Positions 12,040 through 25,194 of a stretch of 64,000 bases of DNA are shown in pieces; the stretch's first letter is position 1; every line of letters starts with the position of its first letter. A program made the translations under genes and the position numbers. The notes beneath the pieces were generated by a model. That model searched no databases, had not been told where the DNA came from, and saw only the letters and a program-made list of their open reading frames with translations. The DNA is from Octopus sinensis. Its lineage: Eukaryota. Location: NCBI RefSeq assembly GCF_006345805.1, contig NC_043003.1, positions 30,132,001 through 30,196,000 of the forward strand, written 5' to 3'.

Positions 12040-13490
12040 TCACAACCCATGTTTCACTGCTATGTAGCATAGCTGTTCACTCACAGGCATCATACAGACT
12101 GCCTTTCACTGAGGGAGAGGCCCTTTGTTGCCAACAGAGGTAGGAGCTTCTGTTTTTCCTAGCTTATTCTTATTCTTGCAGCTATGCTCTTGGAGCAGCC
12201 ACCTCTGCTACTGACTGGGTCACCTAGATAGCGGAAGCTATCAACTACCTCTAGCTTACCTACCTGGCATTTGATAGAGTCTATTTTCTGTACATTTTTA
12301 GTGTTTATTGTACCAGTCCACCTTCCACACACAAAACCGATTTTCCCAGTTAACCTTCCTCTGATATTGCTGCACCTCTTGTGTCTGTAGCTTGCACTTG
12401 GTACATCTTATGGAATTTCTGTCTACACCTTTCCTACAGATGAGCAGGGCCATCTACCTGAAGGGATTTGTGATTTGTCTGCTTTCCTACTTACTAAGAC
12501 TTTGGTTTTTGCTGGGTTAACTCTAAGGCCCTTTGATTCTAGACCTTACTTCCACATCTGAAACTTCTCTAGTTCTGGTAGTGATTCAGCAATCAGAACA
12601 ATGTCATCAGCAGAGAGAAGATCCCAGGGGCAGCCCATCTTAAATTCCTCTATTATTGCCTGGAGGACTATGATGAGCAAGAGAGGGCTCGGGAGTGATC
12701 CTTGGTGAATCCCTACTTGTACTATGAATTAATTACTATATTCGTTGCCAACCCTCACCTTACTGACAGTATCCCTGTACATGGCTTGTACAGCTCTCAC
12801 CAACCACTCATCTATCCCTAGTTTCTGCATTGACCATCAGATATGAGATCGGGGGACCCTGTCAAAGGCTTTCTCCATGTCAACAAAAGCCAAGTACAGA
12901 GGTTTGTCTTTGGCTAGGTACTTCTCCTACAGCTGCCTTACAAGAAATATAGCATCAGTGATGCTTCTCCTTGGCACAAAACCAACTCCTAATTAGTTGG
13001 ACTATGACACTCTCCATGACTTTCATCACCTGATCCAACAATTTGATACTGCTGTAATTATTTCTAAGGCATCACCTTTACCTTTGTAGCAGTTGACTAT
13101 GATGCTGCTACACCATAATCAACTGGGCATGACTTCTTTGTGTACCACCTGATTAACTATATGGGTGACTAAACTATAATCCACACTGCCAGATATTTTA
13201 AACATCTTAGCAGTTATTCCTGATGGGCCAGAGACTTTCCCCATCTTCATATCCTTCATGGCTTTGTCCACAACACTACTGTCTATTTGGATTTCTGGTC
13301 CCTCTGTTGGAACAACATTACACAGACTCTCCTTCTTCCATGAGTTCTCTAAATTTAGTAGCCTTTCATAGTGGCACTTCCAAACCTTTTTCTTTGCAGA
13401 GTCACTAACTGCAAGTGAACTATTATCCATGTGAACACACCTCTTATGGACTAATTTATTAAATTCAAAACAATGTGAATGAATAAGCAT
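12040..13490 (-). mobile_element. RTE-clade (BovB-like) LINE reverse-transcriptase fragment, multiple stops and frameshifts
   Basis: Translations include KVSGPSGITA, LYLAFVDMEKAFDRVP, EWLVRAVQAMY, HQGS..SPLL, SADDIVL and FRYLGD. Confidence 0.85.
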
Positions 13491-14219
13491 TACTTTGGAC
13501 AGAATGTGAATGCTAAATGACTAATTATCATAGTAAAGTAATAGAGTAGACAGGAGGTGAAAGACCCTTGAATGATAGATGAAAAGTGGAGAGTAAGGAT
13601 TGCAAAAGTGTGGGAGAGAGTAAAAAATGGATAGAAACAGAGATGGAGGTGATCTGAGTAGTGAGATGCAGTAGTGAAAGGTGATGATGGTAAGAACAAG
13701 GAATTGACATCAAAAGGAAATTAGTAAGTGGAGAGAGAAGGATGACTGGCAGTATTAAAGGGGTGATGAAATACACAAACTTATACAGCAGAAAGAAATG
13801 ATGGAATGATTTTTCCAGATTATTGCAATTTTAATTAAAAAACACAGGAGTAATTCAGTCAGAAGATAGAGTCATCAACTTTTCATATCAGAATAGTAGC
13901 AAATGTCTGAGTAAACAGAGAAGATATTAAATATAATCCACTGAAAAGTCCACATGTTTATATAAAATATTACATCTTATCACTTACCCTAAATTTCTAT
14001 AAGATAAATGGTTAGAGAACATGTAAATTTACATTGTTCCATTATTATGGTGTAGAACATTCTGCAAGAATTTTCAATTTATGTTTATCAGAGACAAAAT
14101 AAGACAATGAAAAACATAGTTTCTGAATTGCTCCAACCATCTACTTTTTCTAATCTGAGTCACAAGAATCCTATGTAGCTTCATGAAAATAACAGTTCTT
14201 ATAAATTCTTTATAATGTT

Positions 14220-15278
14220 TTATTCTTTTATTGTTTGTTTTGCATGTGCTTTTTCTTTATGATTAGACAAACTCCTATTCTCATTGTAAGTTTTACTACA
14301 CATATCACATTGATATGGTTTTACACCTGTGTGAACAGGTTTGTGACGATTTAAATTCTGATTATCAGCATATGATTTACCACAAATGTCACAGCTATAT
14401 GGTCTCACACCTGTGTGACCACGTATATGAAGCGTTAAATGACCTTTCCGTGAAAACATTTTACCACAGATATCACAATGGTATGGCTTTTCACCTGTGT
14501 GAATACGTACATGTTGAGTTAAATGACCATTCTGTGAGAATGTTTTACCACAGATATCACAGTGGTATGGTTTCTCACCTGTGTGCAAGCGTATGTGTTT
14601 AGTTAATCCACTTTTGTCAAAGAACCTTTTTTCACAGATATCACAAGGGTATGGTTTCTCACCTGTGTGAATACGTACGTGTTGAGTTAAATGACCATTC
14701 ACCGAGAATGTTTTACCACAGATTTCACAACGGTATGGATTATCACCTGTGTGCATGCGTATGTGTCTAATTAATGTACTGTTGTCAGTAAATGTTTTGC
14801 CACAGATATCACAGCGGTATGGTTTGTCACCAGTATGAGTGCGTGTGTGTCTAGTTAATCTACTATTACTAGAGAATGTCTTTCCACACATATCACAGTG
14901 GAATGGCTTGTCTCCTGAGTGAACATGTTTGTGATTAGTTAAGTTATTACATACAGAGAAGGTTTTCCCACAGATATCACAGTGGTATGGTTTTTCACCA
15001 GTGTGAGTACGAATATGAAGTGTTAAATGACCCCTTTGGGAAAAAGTTTTACCACAGATATCACAGTGAAATGGATTGTCACCTGTGTGAATACGTACAT
15101 GTTGAGTTAAATGACCATTTACAGAAAATGTTTTGCCACAAATGTCACAGTGGTATGGTTTCTCACCTGTGTGCAAGCGTATGTGTTTAGTTAGTATGGT
15201 TTTGCCAGAGAATGCTTTTCCACAGATATCACAGTGATATGGTTTCTCACCAGTGTGAGCATGTTTGTGATTAGTCAT
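14220..15278 (-). CDS. C2H2 zinc-finger protein, paralogue 2 (12 intact fingers; ORF starts at an internal Met)
   Basis: 352-aa ORF. Helices: GKTILTK, VNGHLTQ, QRGHLTL, VCNNLTN, SNSRLTR, DNSTLIR, VNGHLTQ, DKSGLTK, QNGHLTQ, RKGHLTL, DNQNLNR, ENRSLSN. The start Met is the helix Met of a broken finger. Confidence 0.8.
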   Translation of the reverse strand: MTNHKHAHTGEKPYHCDICGKAFSGKTILTKHIRLHTGEKPYHCDICGKTFSVNGHLTQHVRIHTGDNPFHCDICGKTFSQRGHLTLHIRTHTGEKPYHCDICGKTFSVCNNLTNHKHVHSGDKPFHCDMCGKTFSSNSRLTRHTRTHTGDKPYRCDICGKTFTDNSTLIRHIRMHTGDNPYRCEICGKTFSVNGHLTQHVRIHTGEKPYPCDICEKRFFDKSGLTKHIRLHTGEKPYHCDICGKTFSQNGHLTQHVRIHTGEKPYHCDICGKMFSRKGHLTLHIRGHTGVRPYSCDICGKSYADNQNLNRHKPVHTGVKPYQCDMCSKTYNENRSLSNHKEKAHAKQTIKE

Positions 15279-15760
15279 ATTACCTTTTTCAGAGAAAGTT
15301 TTGCCACAGACACCACTGTAATATAGCTGTTTACTTGCGTGAATGGATATGAGTCTGCACAGAAAAGGACTTCTGGAGAATGTTATAGCACAAATACAAT
15401 ATGTTTTGTCTCCTTTATGAGTAAATTTGTGAAGAATTTATTTATCAATTTAGAAGATGTTCTCCTCCAGATATCAAAGTTATATCGACTCTCACCTGAA
15501 TGAATACATTGGTGTGTAGTCAAATGACCTTGCTCAGAGAATGGTCTATTACAAGTATAACAGTGTTATACCAGTATGACACTGGTGCTTAGTCAAATTA
15601 TTGTTACAGAAGAAACATTTGCCACAGATAATGTATTGCTAAATTCTTTCATCTGAGCAATTGTTTAAATAAGGTATTAGATTGAATAAATGTTTATTTG
15701 ATATGATTTCTTATGTGTATCTACCTACACATGTCTGATAATATATTTTCCACATCTCAA
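15279..15760 (-). pseudogene. Decayed 5' coding region of paralogue 2 (leader plus ~5 broken fingers)
   Basis: Manual translation gives IICGKCFFCNNNLTKHQ, CNRPFSEQGHLTTHQCIHSGE and YCICAITFSRSPFLCRLISIH, with lost Cys/His ligands, frameshifts and an in-frame TAA at 15438-15440. The leader aligns with that of paralogue 3. Confidence 0.8.
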
Positions 15761-15910
15761 TTACACTGTTTATAACCTTGATTTTAATTTTACAGCAATG
15801 TGGAGTTATGGAGAACAATTACTTGTGAACTTGATAATATCATTCTTCTGTTTCCATAAACTGAAAAATTTCTTGAATCAGCAATTTGCATTTCAATGTC
15901 ACCACAAACT

Positions 15911-18337
15911 CTGAAATAAAGAATATATGGTAGAAAGAACAATGAAAATTTAACATGGAAGTTATTGAATGCTAAAATAACAAAGAAAGATCAGAAAATA
16001 CCTACAGAGGAAAGACAACAATATGGCTATGTAGTGAAAATGAATGATCCTATGTGTGGCTAGAAAAATTTAGGAAGAAGATAATATTGGGATACACAGA
16101 TACATAGCAAAAGATACAAGAATGTTTTTAGTCAGACTTGTAGGAACAGATATCTCAGGGACATCATTTGCATTGAAAACTATTGTTTAGTTACTATTAA
16201 TATTTTTAATACAATTAGTATTAAAAAGCTAGGAAATAATGACATGGACAGTAAAACAATAATAGTCAGTGAAAAATATAATTATTTTTGAAAACTCTCA
16301 TCTGTTTCCAAGAAAGATAATATTTACCCTTGACTAGCCATATTTTCTTTGTAGAATACAAGCAAAGGACACTACTTGTATGACAGTGACGCTCATTTAC
16401 AATTATCATGCAAAGGTAAGACAAGGGGAGACTAACATATACACACACACATATATATATATGTAAATATGTGTGTATATCCTTGAATATATATATATAT
16501 ATATATATATGAGTGCAGGACAAAAGCCCCACGGTTATATTTTGCTTTTTTCACCTTTTACTTGTTTTAGCCATTAGATTGTGGCCATGCAGAGGAATCA
16601 CCTTTTTTATTTTTACTTGTTGCAGTCATTAGACTGTGGCCATGCTGGGGCACCACCTTGAAGAATTTTTAGTCGAATGTATTGACGCCAAAATTTTAAA
16701 AAATTTTATTTGTTGCTGTTATTAGACTGTGGCCATACTAGGGCACTGCCTTGAAGAAATTTTAGTTGCAGAAAAATCAGCATTTTAAAATTTTAATTTA
16801 AAGTCTTTTGTTTTCTTCTCTCAGCACTTATAGATTAATGAGAATGGGCTGACCTTTTGAACTTTCTCTGGCCATAGAAGGTCTAACAGAATTATGGCGC
16901 TGAAGGCTCGTCCATTTGAACATACTTCTTATCGCTTTTATATTTCTGCACATTTTTTGAAGTAAATGCTTTCTCTTTTGTTATAATTCAGGCAATACGT
17001 ACATTGAATAGTAAAGTCTTGTGTTCTGTTATTCTATTCTACTTATTTATTTTCGATTGAATATATTTTGTTTACTTACTGGAATTTTGGAAAATAAAAG
17101 TTTTTTAATAATTTTAATAGTCAGAACAGTTGTTAAAGGAGATCTCCTTTGTGTTTCAAGCACATTCAGAGACCTGGCTTTTCTATGGAGATCAAACTTT
17201 GTTTTCAAAGGTAGGAGTTCAACAAGATGATCCTCTAAGTTCCTTCCTGCCTTCTCTCATCTTTATGGATACCATTAAGAAATGTGTGCTCTAAATTTAT
17301 GGTGTTTGGATGACAACACACTTCAGTAAAATAAGTACAGTTTTGCCAGGTTTCTCCCACAGACACACACAAACCTTGGGTAAAAATTAAAATTGTCAAA
17401 GTGTGAATTAATTTTCATGAATTCAGATTCTAGTCAGAGATAGCCAATTTTGAAAGGTTTCAAGCTGCAACCCATGGTATCAAGCTCACTTACATATAAA
17501 AGTTAATCCTTTTAAGAAGTCCATTCTGCTGGAAGCAAAACTTTAAAAGGTATGGTAGAAAAAGATCCCAGGCAAGATAAACACAAACAGTACCCTGTTG
17601 ATTGTACCCAGCATTTTTATAATTAGGCAGGTGAATGCTAAAGGCAGATATGAAAAAAACAGGAACCGGCAAGATTTTATGTATATCTCATATTCATAGG
17701 TTTTATTAAAGAACTCGTTAAATATAAACACATTCAGCATAAAAATGAGATATTAGTTGAAATATGCTAACAGTAAAAAATACATTTTCATTCAGTTATT
17801 TTTTACTGACATATTTACTTAATACGTCTGGCATAAACTAGAGGCGAGATGTTGCAAACAATAGAAAACAAAAAATGTTTGAGATTACTTTTACAATAAT
17901 TTATTAATAATATCTATGATGTATTATCTTTCTACTATATTTTGATGTTTTGGAATTTCGTTCAAATGAATATCGATAAGCATGCTGAACATACAATCCC
18001 TCGACTCTCGTGGGTGTTACGTTCCAAAACCTGTATTTACATACATGTACTGAGTGGATACACTGACCGGGTGTCCAAAATAAGAGATATAACCGTGGAA
18101 CGTATTGCTTTGTCATAATTCATAACAAATTATTCAAGATTATTATGAATGGTAAACGTCACTGATGTTTATGTTACGAAGAAATCTATTTGCATTTCAT
18201 TTACATTTAAATAGAAATATCTGAATGTAAATAACATCTCACTATTAATACGCCATTCAGTGGGTTGTTACAACAGAGATGATCGCACTAGAAATACTGA
18301 AACATAGTAACAATGAGCTAACAACAGATCAACTTAC
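15911..18337 (-). other. 5'-UTR intron of paralogue 2
   Basis: Donor CA|GTAAGTTGATC at 18337 and acceptor ...TTCTTTATTTCAG| ending at 15911, homologous to paralogue 1. Confidence 0.65.
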
Positions 18338-18511
18338 TGTATTTTGTCCTTTCTTTTCTTTTTTACTATTTGATGTAATATTAATGCGTGGGGGGCGGAG
18401 CAGTGGATATTAAAAGACAGAAATTATCTAACATGCTCAATTAAGTGAACTAAAATGACAACACAAAACAAGCTGACAGATTTTGGTACAGACCTAATTA
18501 ATGTATTAAAT

Positions 18512-18531
18512 CTTCAACATTATTTTCGTAA
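18512..18531 (-). promoter_or_regulatory. Degenerate copy of the conserved upstream motif (TTACGAAAATAATGTTGAAG), paralogue 2
   Basis: Same distance from the donor and same flank (cagacctaattaat) as in paralogue 1, but the GC/CpG core has become AT-rich. Confidence 0.5.
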
Positions 18532-18712
18532 TATTATTTTCAAGTGGTAACGAATTTAGTGCAGTGCAGTGATCATTAAAAACGCTAACTAGAAACAACG
18601 ATTCACTCAAATAAATAAAATTCTTTTCTTCTCTAGGCACAAGGCCCGAAATTTTGGGGGATTGCGGGAGAGCAGTTGGTTAGATCGATCACAATATGTA
18701 ACGGTAAATTTT

Positions 18713-19353
18713 GACCCTTTCATTCGCACGATTTTCACTAAGAAAAAAAAAAAAAAAACTCGGATTTTTTGCGTGGAATCAAGTACCCTGACCTCCTAAT
18801 ATGCAGCAAATCCCTTATTTTTGTTCGAAAAAAAGGGGTGGGTGGGAAACGCCTCCCCCTATCCCGGAGTCATCGGAAATTTTTTTGGTTAATGTTTACT
18901 TCTTGACCCGGAAATGAAAATCGAAAAGAAAAACATACTGGAATGAGTGTAAAACAATGTGTAGGAAACGAATATGAAAAAAATGCGCGCAAATCAACGG
19001 GAGGGTGGGGAGAGGACTTCGGAAAATTCACAATGGGTTTTTTTTCAATGAAATTTTATATAAATACCTTTGAAACGGCATATATTATGACTATAAAGTA
19101 ATTTATGGGAAAAATCTTCAGGTGGGGAGAGGACTTTCGGAAAATTCCCAAGATCCGAATTTTTCCTCGTTATATTCCGAAATCACATTTAACTTTCTAC
19201 AGATACCCTAACGTAGTACTACTACACTACGTAGTGTTTGTTTCTCCCCACTTTCAATAAATTTTAATGTTTTGGCTTCAATTTTGTTTCATTTTCAATC
19301 ATCTTTACGCTTTTTTTAACCCTTCGTCGTTATTCTCATTCATTCGTTATTAC

Positions 19354-19419
<66 letters not shown>

Positions 19420-20345
19420 ATATTATATACATACATATATATATATATACATATACATACATATACACATATATATATACACACATACATGCACACACAC
19501 ATATATATATATATGTGTGTGTGTGTGAATTTTCTGAAGTCCTCTCCCCACAAATTACTTTATAATCGTAATGTATGCCGTTTAAAAGGTATTTCTATAA
19601 AATTTCATTGAAAAAACAAACATTTTCCTAAAAGTTATCAGGGGGAAAACTCGGATTTTGTGAATTTTCCGAACTCTTCTCCCCACACCTTGGAAAAGAT
19701 TTTCCCCAGAAAGTTCATTACAATCGCAATGTATGCCGTTTGAATGGTATTTCTATAAAATTTCATTGAAAAAAATCCCATTTTCCTAAAAGTTATGAGG
19801 GAAAAATTCGGATCTTGTGAATTTTCCAAAGTTCTCTCCCCACCCTACCGTTGCTTTGCACGCATTCTTTTTTCTTTTCACATATTCGTTTCCTCCACAT
19901 TGTTTTACACACATTCCAGTATTTTTTTTTATTATTTTCATTTCCGGGTCAAGATGTAAACATTAACCATTTTTTTTTCCAAGTTGAATGCATTCTGGTG
20001 ACCTCTTAATATGCTACAAAACCCTTTTTCGGATCCGGAAAACGGGGTGGGGTGAGGTAGAAGCCTCAGGAATGACACCTGCACGATTTTCACTAAGAAA
20101 AAACAAACAAAAAGAACTCGGATTTTTTTAATGAAATCAAGTACCCTGACCTCCTAATATGCTGCAAACCCCTTACTTTTGTGTAGAAACGAAAGTGGGG
20201 GAACAGAGACCCGAACCACCCCACCCCCATCCATATCCTGGAATCATTGGAAATTTTGTTTTCGTTAAATGAATTCCCATGATCTCCTAAAATGCTATAA
20301 AACCCAGAAAATGGGGTAAATCCCTCAGAAATTTCACCCCCACCC
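18713..20345. mobile_element. Composite foldback-like non-autonomous element (modular inverted arms around a microsatellite, flanked by direct repeats)
   Basis: Arms ~18878-19165 and ~19525-19980 are reverse complements built from ~140-bp subunits. Direct repeat gcacgattttcactaagaaaa...gtaccctgacctcctaatatgc at ~18727 and ~20082. No ORF. Confidence 0.65.
19365..19526. repeat. Compound (CT)n(AT)n(AC)n(GT)n microsatellite
   Basis: Directly visible. Confidence 0.9.
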
Positions 20346-20485
20346 CCATTTTCAAATATTTTTTGCTATTTCTTTCTTCACCCATAATTTTAAATAACAT
20401 TTTGCAGAAATACATTTTCGAGAGAGTGTGGATTATGTTAGATTGAAAATTCAAAGAAGTTTGAAATGAATAAGTGAAAATGCAG

Positions 20486-21145
20486 AGGTTATAGAAGTTA
20501 GTGGTAAGGAAGTGTGTGGAGAGATAATGAATGATAAATTCATCTAAAAAAAAACACGTCAGAGTTTTTTAATGTATGCGTGAAACAAAGTAAAAATATA
20601 TTAAAACAAAATATCTTTTTCCTATCTCTTAAAATTACTGGATATAAAATATATAATAATCCCAGATTGCAGAATAGATTTGAAAAACTAAAGCATTTTC
20701 TCTTTGCAATTTTTGGCACCGAGATGAGTTTTATTTTTGTGTGGGGAGAGAGAGAGGGAAAGAGAGAGTGAGTGAGAGAAAGAGAGAGTGAGTGACGTAG
20801 TTTACCTAAAATTTGAATGGAGTAACAATATATCATAATTATATATATCATTATATATCATCATCGTTTAACCTCTCTCTCTCTCTCTCTCTCTACCCAC
20901 ACAAAAATAAAACTCATATTGGTGCCAAAAATTGCAAAGAGTAAATGCTTTAGTTTTTCAAATCTATTCTGCAATCTGGGATTATTATATTATATCCAAT
21001 GATTTTAAGAGGTAGAAAAAAGATATTTTAATATATTTTTACTTAATTTCACACATACATGTAAAAACTCTAACGTGCTTTTTGTAGATGGATTTATCGT
21101 CCATTATCTCTCCACACACTTCATTACCACTAACTTTTATAACCT
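20486..21145. repeat. Long inverted repeat, ~270-bp arms with ~110-bp spacer (MITE/foldback-like)
   Basis: aggttatagaagttagtggtaaggaagtgtgtggagagataatg (from 20486) versus cattatctctccacacacttcattaccactaacttttataacct (to 21145). Similarity continues inward to the (GA)n/(CT)n runs. Confidence 0.8.
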
Positions 21146-22208
21146 ACATATCTTTAGCATTTTTAGAGCTGGAGCCCATATGAATGGAAGGTGAGATGTG
21201 TGTGGAAGGAAAAAAATGTATAAAGAATAACAATTTTTTTTTTTTGATGAGACTATATATTGGTTACCAAAGAACACCACCTGAATATAACAGTTGGTGT
21301 TAGGAAGGCCATCCAGCCATAGAAACCATGTCAAATCAGATTAGAGTCTGGTGCAGCTCCCCAACTTTCCAGCTCTGGTCAAACCATCCAACCCATACCA
21401 GCATGGACAATGGATGTTAAATAATGATGATGAGGGAAACATAATATATGACAACTATCATCATCTTCACGGTAGTCAGCCTCCCCTTTTACATCCTCGT
21501 CCTCCACTTCATTATCATCACCATTTTTACAGCTTCTTTTTTCCATACAAGGGTTGGATGAGAGTTATTTAGACAATATTCTACAAAACTCTTTTTTGGG
21601 TCCAGAAAATGGGGTGTGGTGGGATAGGATAAAACCCTCAGAAATTTCACCCCCATCCCCATCTTGCTCACTTTTGCTGTGGCCACCACCAGAATCTGCA
21701 TGTCAGCATGTAGGTAAACAGACTAGTCAATAGAATGTTCAAGTTGTCAGTGGTAAAAAATGCTCAGACTATCACATGTGATTCATCAAAGCATGTTTGA
21801 TTGTGCAACAACTTAGCATTACCACTAAATCCTACTCCCCAACTAGCAGGAATTTAGCCTTTTTTTTTTTTTGTCACCATATTTCTCATAAAATGCTGTC
21901 TTTGTTTAATTTAATTTCAAAAAGTTAAAATATCTTTCTCACAATTTAGCTGATGCTGGGACCAAAAATTGACGTGAAATTTCCTTATCTGCACGTGTAT
22001 GTTTGTGTTTCCTTGTTTTTACATCACATAATGATTGTAAACAAGCATTAATTATTTATTGCCAATCTGCCACGAAAAGATGACTGACAATGGAAAAATA
22101 TCATCTTGCTTGGAAACAGACGAGGGTTGGTGATATTGTTTTCATTTTCTATAACTGTATAAACTGCTTTCTCAACAATGCGGTAAAATTTTTTTTTTTC
22201 TCCAGAAT

Positions 22209-22617
22209 AGATGTAGGAGCGGCTGTGTGGTAAGTAGCTTGATTATGAACCACATGGTTCCGGGTTCAGTCCCACTGCGTGGCACCTTGGGCAAGTGTCT
22301 TCTACTATAGCCTCGGGCCGACCAAAGCCTTGTGAGTGGATTTGGTAGACGGAAACTGAAAGAAGCCCGTCATATATATGTATATATATATATATGTATG
22401 TGTAATATACATGTATGTGTATATGTTTGTCCCCCAACATCGCTTGACAACCGATGCTGGTGTGTTTATGTCTCATTAACTTAGCGGTTTGGCAAAATAG
22501 ACCGATAGAATAAGTACTAAGCTTACAAAGAATAAGTCCTGGGGTCGATTTGCTCGACTAAAAAGGTGGTGCTCCAGCATGGCCACAGTCAAATGACTGA
22601 AACAAGTAAAAGAGTAA
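22209..22617 (+). mobile_element. tRNA-derived SINE, family B
   Basis: Colinear with and highly similar to 7595-7985. Confidence 0.85.
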
Positions 22618-24029
22618 TTAATGTAGGACTTTGAAAACACGTCACAGATCACCTATCTTCTGATAATGTTGCAGCAATAGTTTCATCAGTAGCACCTGTC
22701 TCTATAATAAAAGGTAAAGTGTGGTCATTTACAGCAACCACAGCCTGTTTGATATAATTTATAATAGAGTTGATGCAATTTACAGTATTTTCAGACAGAA
22801 GGAAATTTGTACAATAATCAGTTTGTCTTTATCTTTTAGTCATGAGGGTTGGCAATACCCATGATTCTTTACAAGGACTCTAAAACAGGTAGGGGAAGGG
22901 AGATATCATTGAACTGGAGACCAAAAACAAGTCCTTGCAACTGAGTGAACTCTGCAAAAGACACCAATGATGCCAAGTGGTAGTGTTATAAGGGATTAAG
23001 GCTACCGCCCAAGCAGGAGTTGAACTCAGAATGGAGAGAGCCAGAAATTCTGCAAGACATCCAATCCAACATTTTGTTTCACCATCCATAGTCTTGTGAT
23101 GAGATTTTATTTTTGATAATCTGACCCCAAAAATGTTTGAATATATTCAAGACTAAAAGGTATCTCATACAAATGAAGATTATTTCTTCAACCTTTATAG
23201 TTTAAATACACAATCATGACCCAATACAAACTCTATTGAAATTCGTGTATACTTCTACCCAGGTTTTGATTTATGGAGGCACGAGTCTGGCATGTTTCAT
23301 GCGGTACTTTAACACAAGTTCTACCTGTTTTAAAAGTTATACTTATCTATGGTTTATATCTATTATTCTTGTTTGTGTGAGTTTGCAGTAGGATTTTATG
23401 ACTTGATGCTCTTCCTATTACCAACCTTTACTGTCTTTTCAAGTAAGGAAATCTTATTTTATTCCAGAAGTATTCAAAAGTACAGAGCAACCTGCTATAA
23501 CATCAATTGGTTATGTCAACATCAGTTTCACTCAAGCAGCAACAAGCATGGAATATCAACATTCACACACACATGATAGGCTTCTGTCAATTAAATTCAC
23601 ACACAAGGCATTGATTGGCTTGACACTTTCTCATAATACCAGAATGCCTGTGCATATAAAAAAAATGTGTATAATGTCTCGAAAATTACAGGCTAAACAG
23701 AAGAACACAAACTTCAGTTTGTTTTGATTAAGTCAGGTCTGATAATGATTAGGACATACTTGAATCCTCTATTTCCATAGCTTAAACTTTTTACACATTA
23801 AAAAGAATTTGAAGGTTTGTGAAATTTGTGTGATTTCACTACTCTGCCCATTACATGATAACATTTAAATTAATTAAATTGTTCTGATAAAATAGATTTC
23901 AAAGATAACTCCTAAGTAAAGGAAATATGTTTCCAGTAGCTCCTCTCGTAAATATTTCTTTGAAAAAAAAAATAACACAATATTATTAATATCAAACTGC
24001 TGTTACATGAAAAGCTATGAGGTCCCAAA

Positions 24030-24225
24030 ATTGGTTTCAAATTTTTGGCACAAGACCAGCAATTTTGGGGGAGGGAGTAAGTTAATTATATTGACCCCAG
24101 TACTCAACTGGTACTTATTTTATCAAAAAGATGAAAGCAAGATCAACCTTTGCAGAATTTGAACTCAGAAAGTAAAGATGGAGGAAATGCCACTAAGCAT
24201 TTTGCCCAGCACAGTAATAATATTA
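24030..24225 (-). mobile_element. SINE family C, degraded
   Basis: Reverse complement of the 62.4 kb copy (gaccccagtac...ggtacttatttt...gaatttgaactcagaa). Confidence 0.6.
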
Positions 24226-24309
24226 AGGTTATTCTATTAAGGTAACTAGGTACTGAAGTTATTCTAAATAAATCAGTGAAGGCTTCTGTCAATTAAATTC
24301 ACATATTTA

Positions 24310-24500
24310 TCATTATTTAATGTTCATTTTCCATGCTGGCATAGATTGGGCAGTTTGACAGAATCTGATGAATTGCATCAAACCTCCACTGTCAGCTTTA
24401 GCATGAATTCTATGGCTGAATGCCCTTTCTAATGCTAATAACCTGAAGAGTGTATTGGATGCTTTTTTCATGCCACCAGCACTAGTGAGGTCACCAAATA
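24310..24500 (-). mobile_element. Family A fragment, degraded
   Basis: tcattatttaatgttcattttccatgctggcataga...ttttcatgccaccagcac. Confidence 0.65.
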
Positions 24501-25194
24501 ACTTGCAAGACAAAAAATGAAGAGGAAGAAGGAAAAATCCTCCTTGATTAAAATAAGGTAGTATTTGAGAGGGAAAAAAGGAGTGGTGGTTTTATGCCAA
24601 ATGTTAAAGCTAAAGTGTGATGGAAGGATAAGCCCAGGTGTCTTGCTATATAGGAGATATAAGGCTACCTTTCATTATATAAGGGTGAGATTAATAAAAA
24701 GAAGATAGAGGTGGTAGTGGTGGGATGCTTGAGTATCTTAAGATACAAGAGAGGATACAGACAGTGGATCAAGGGCACGGAGTTTCATAAGAGTGTGATG
24801 GGAGAGTAATAGGTATAAAGTTTAATTGTAAATTATAACAACTCATTTCTAACACTAACTTTCTAGTAGATAAATGTAAATCTACATCCACTTCTATTAC
24901 TTGTAGAATGTTCTGGTAAAAGGTTAAAGTAAATCTGCAGTTTATATTTGTCTGAAAGGAAAGGAAGAAATATATTACAGTATGAAAACATTAGAAATCA
25001 GTGAGATTTCTGCGTTTGAATAATCTTACTGTGTGTAAATAATTTTATTGAACCCTTTCTCAATCATGTAGGTCAGCTGGCTGACTTACATAATGACAAA
25101 ATAGATTGTTTCATAATGTTAGAAATAGAAAATATTACAACAATGTGATATATAATTTTTGTTGAAATGTATAAATTATTTTCAAATATTTTGA

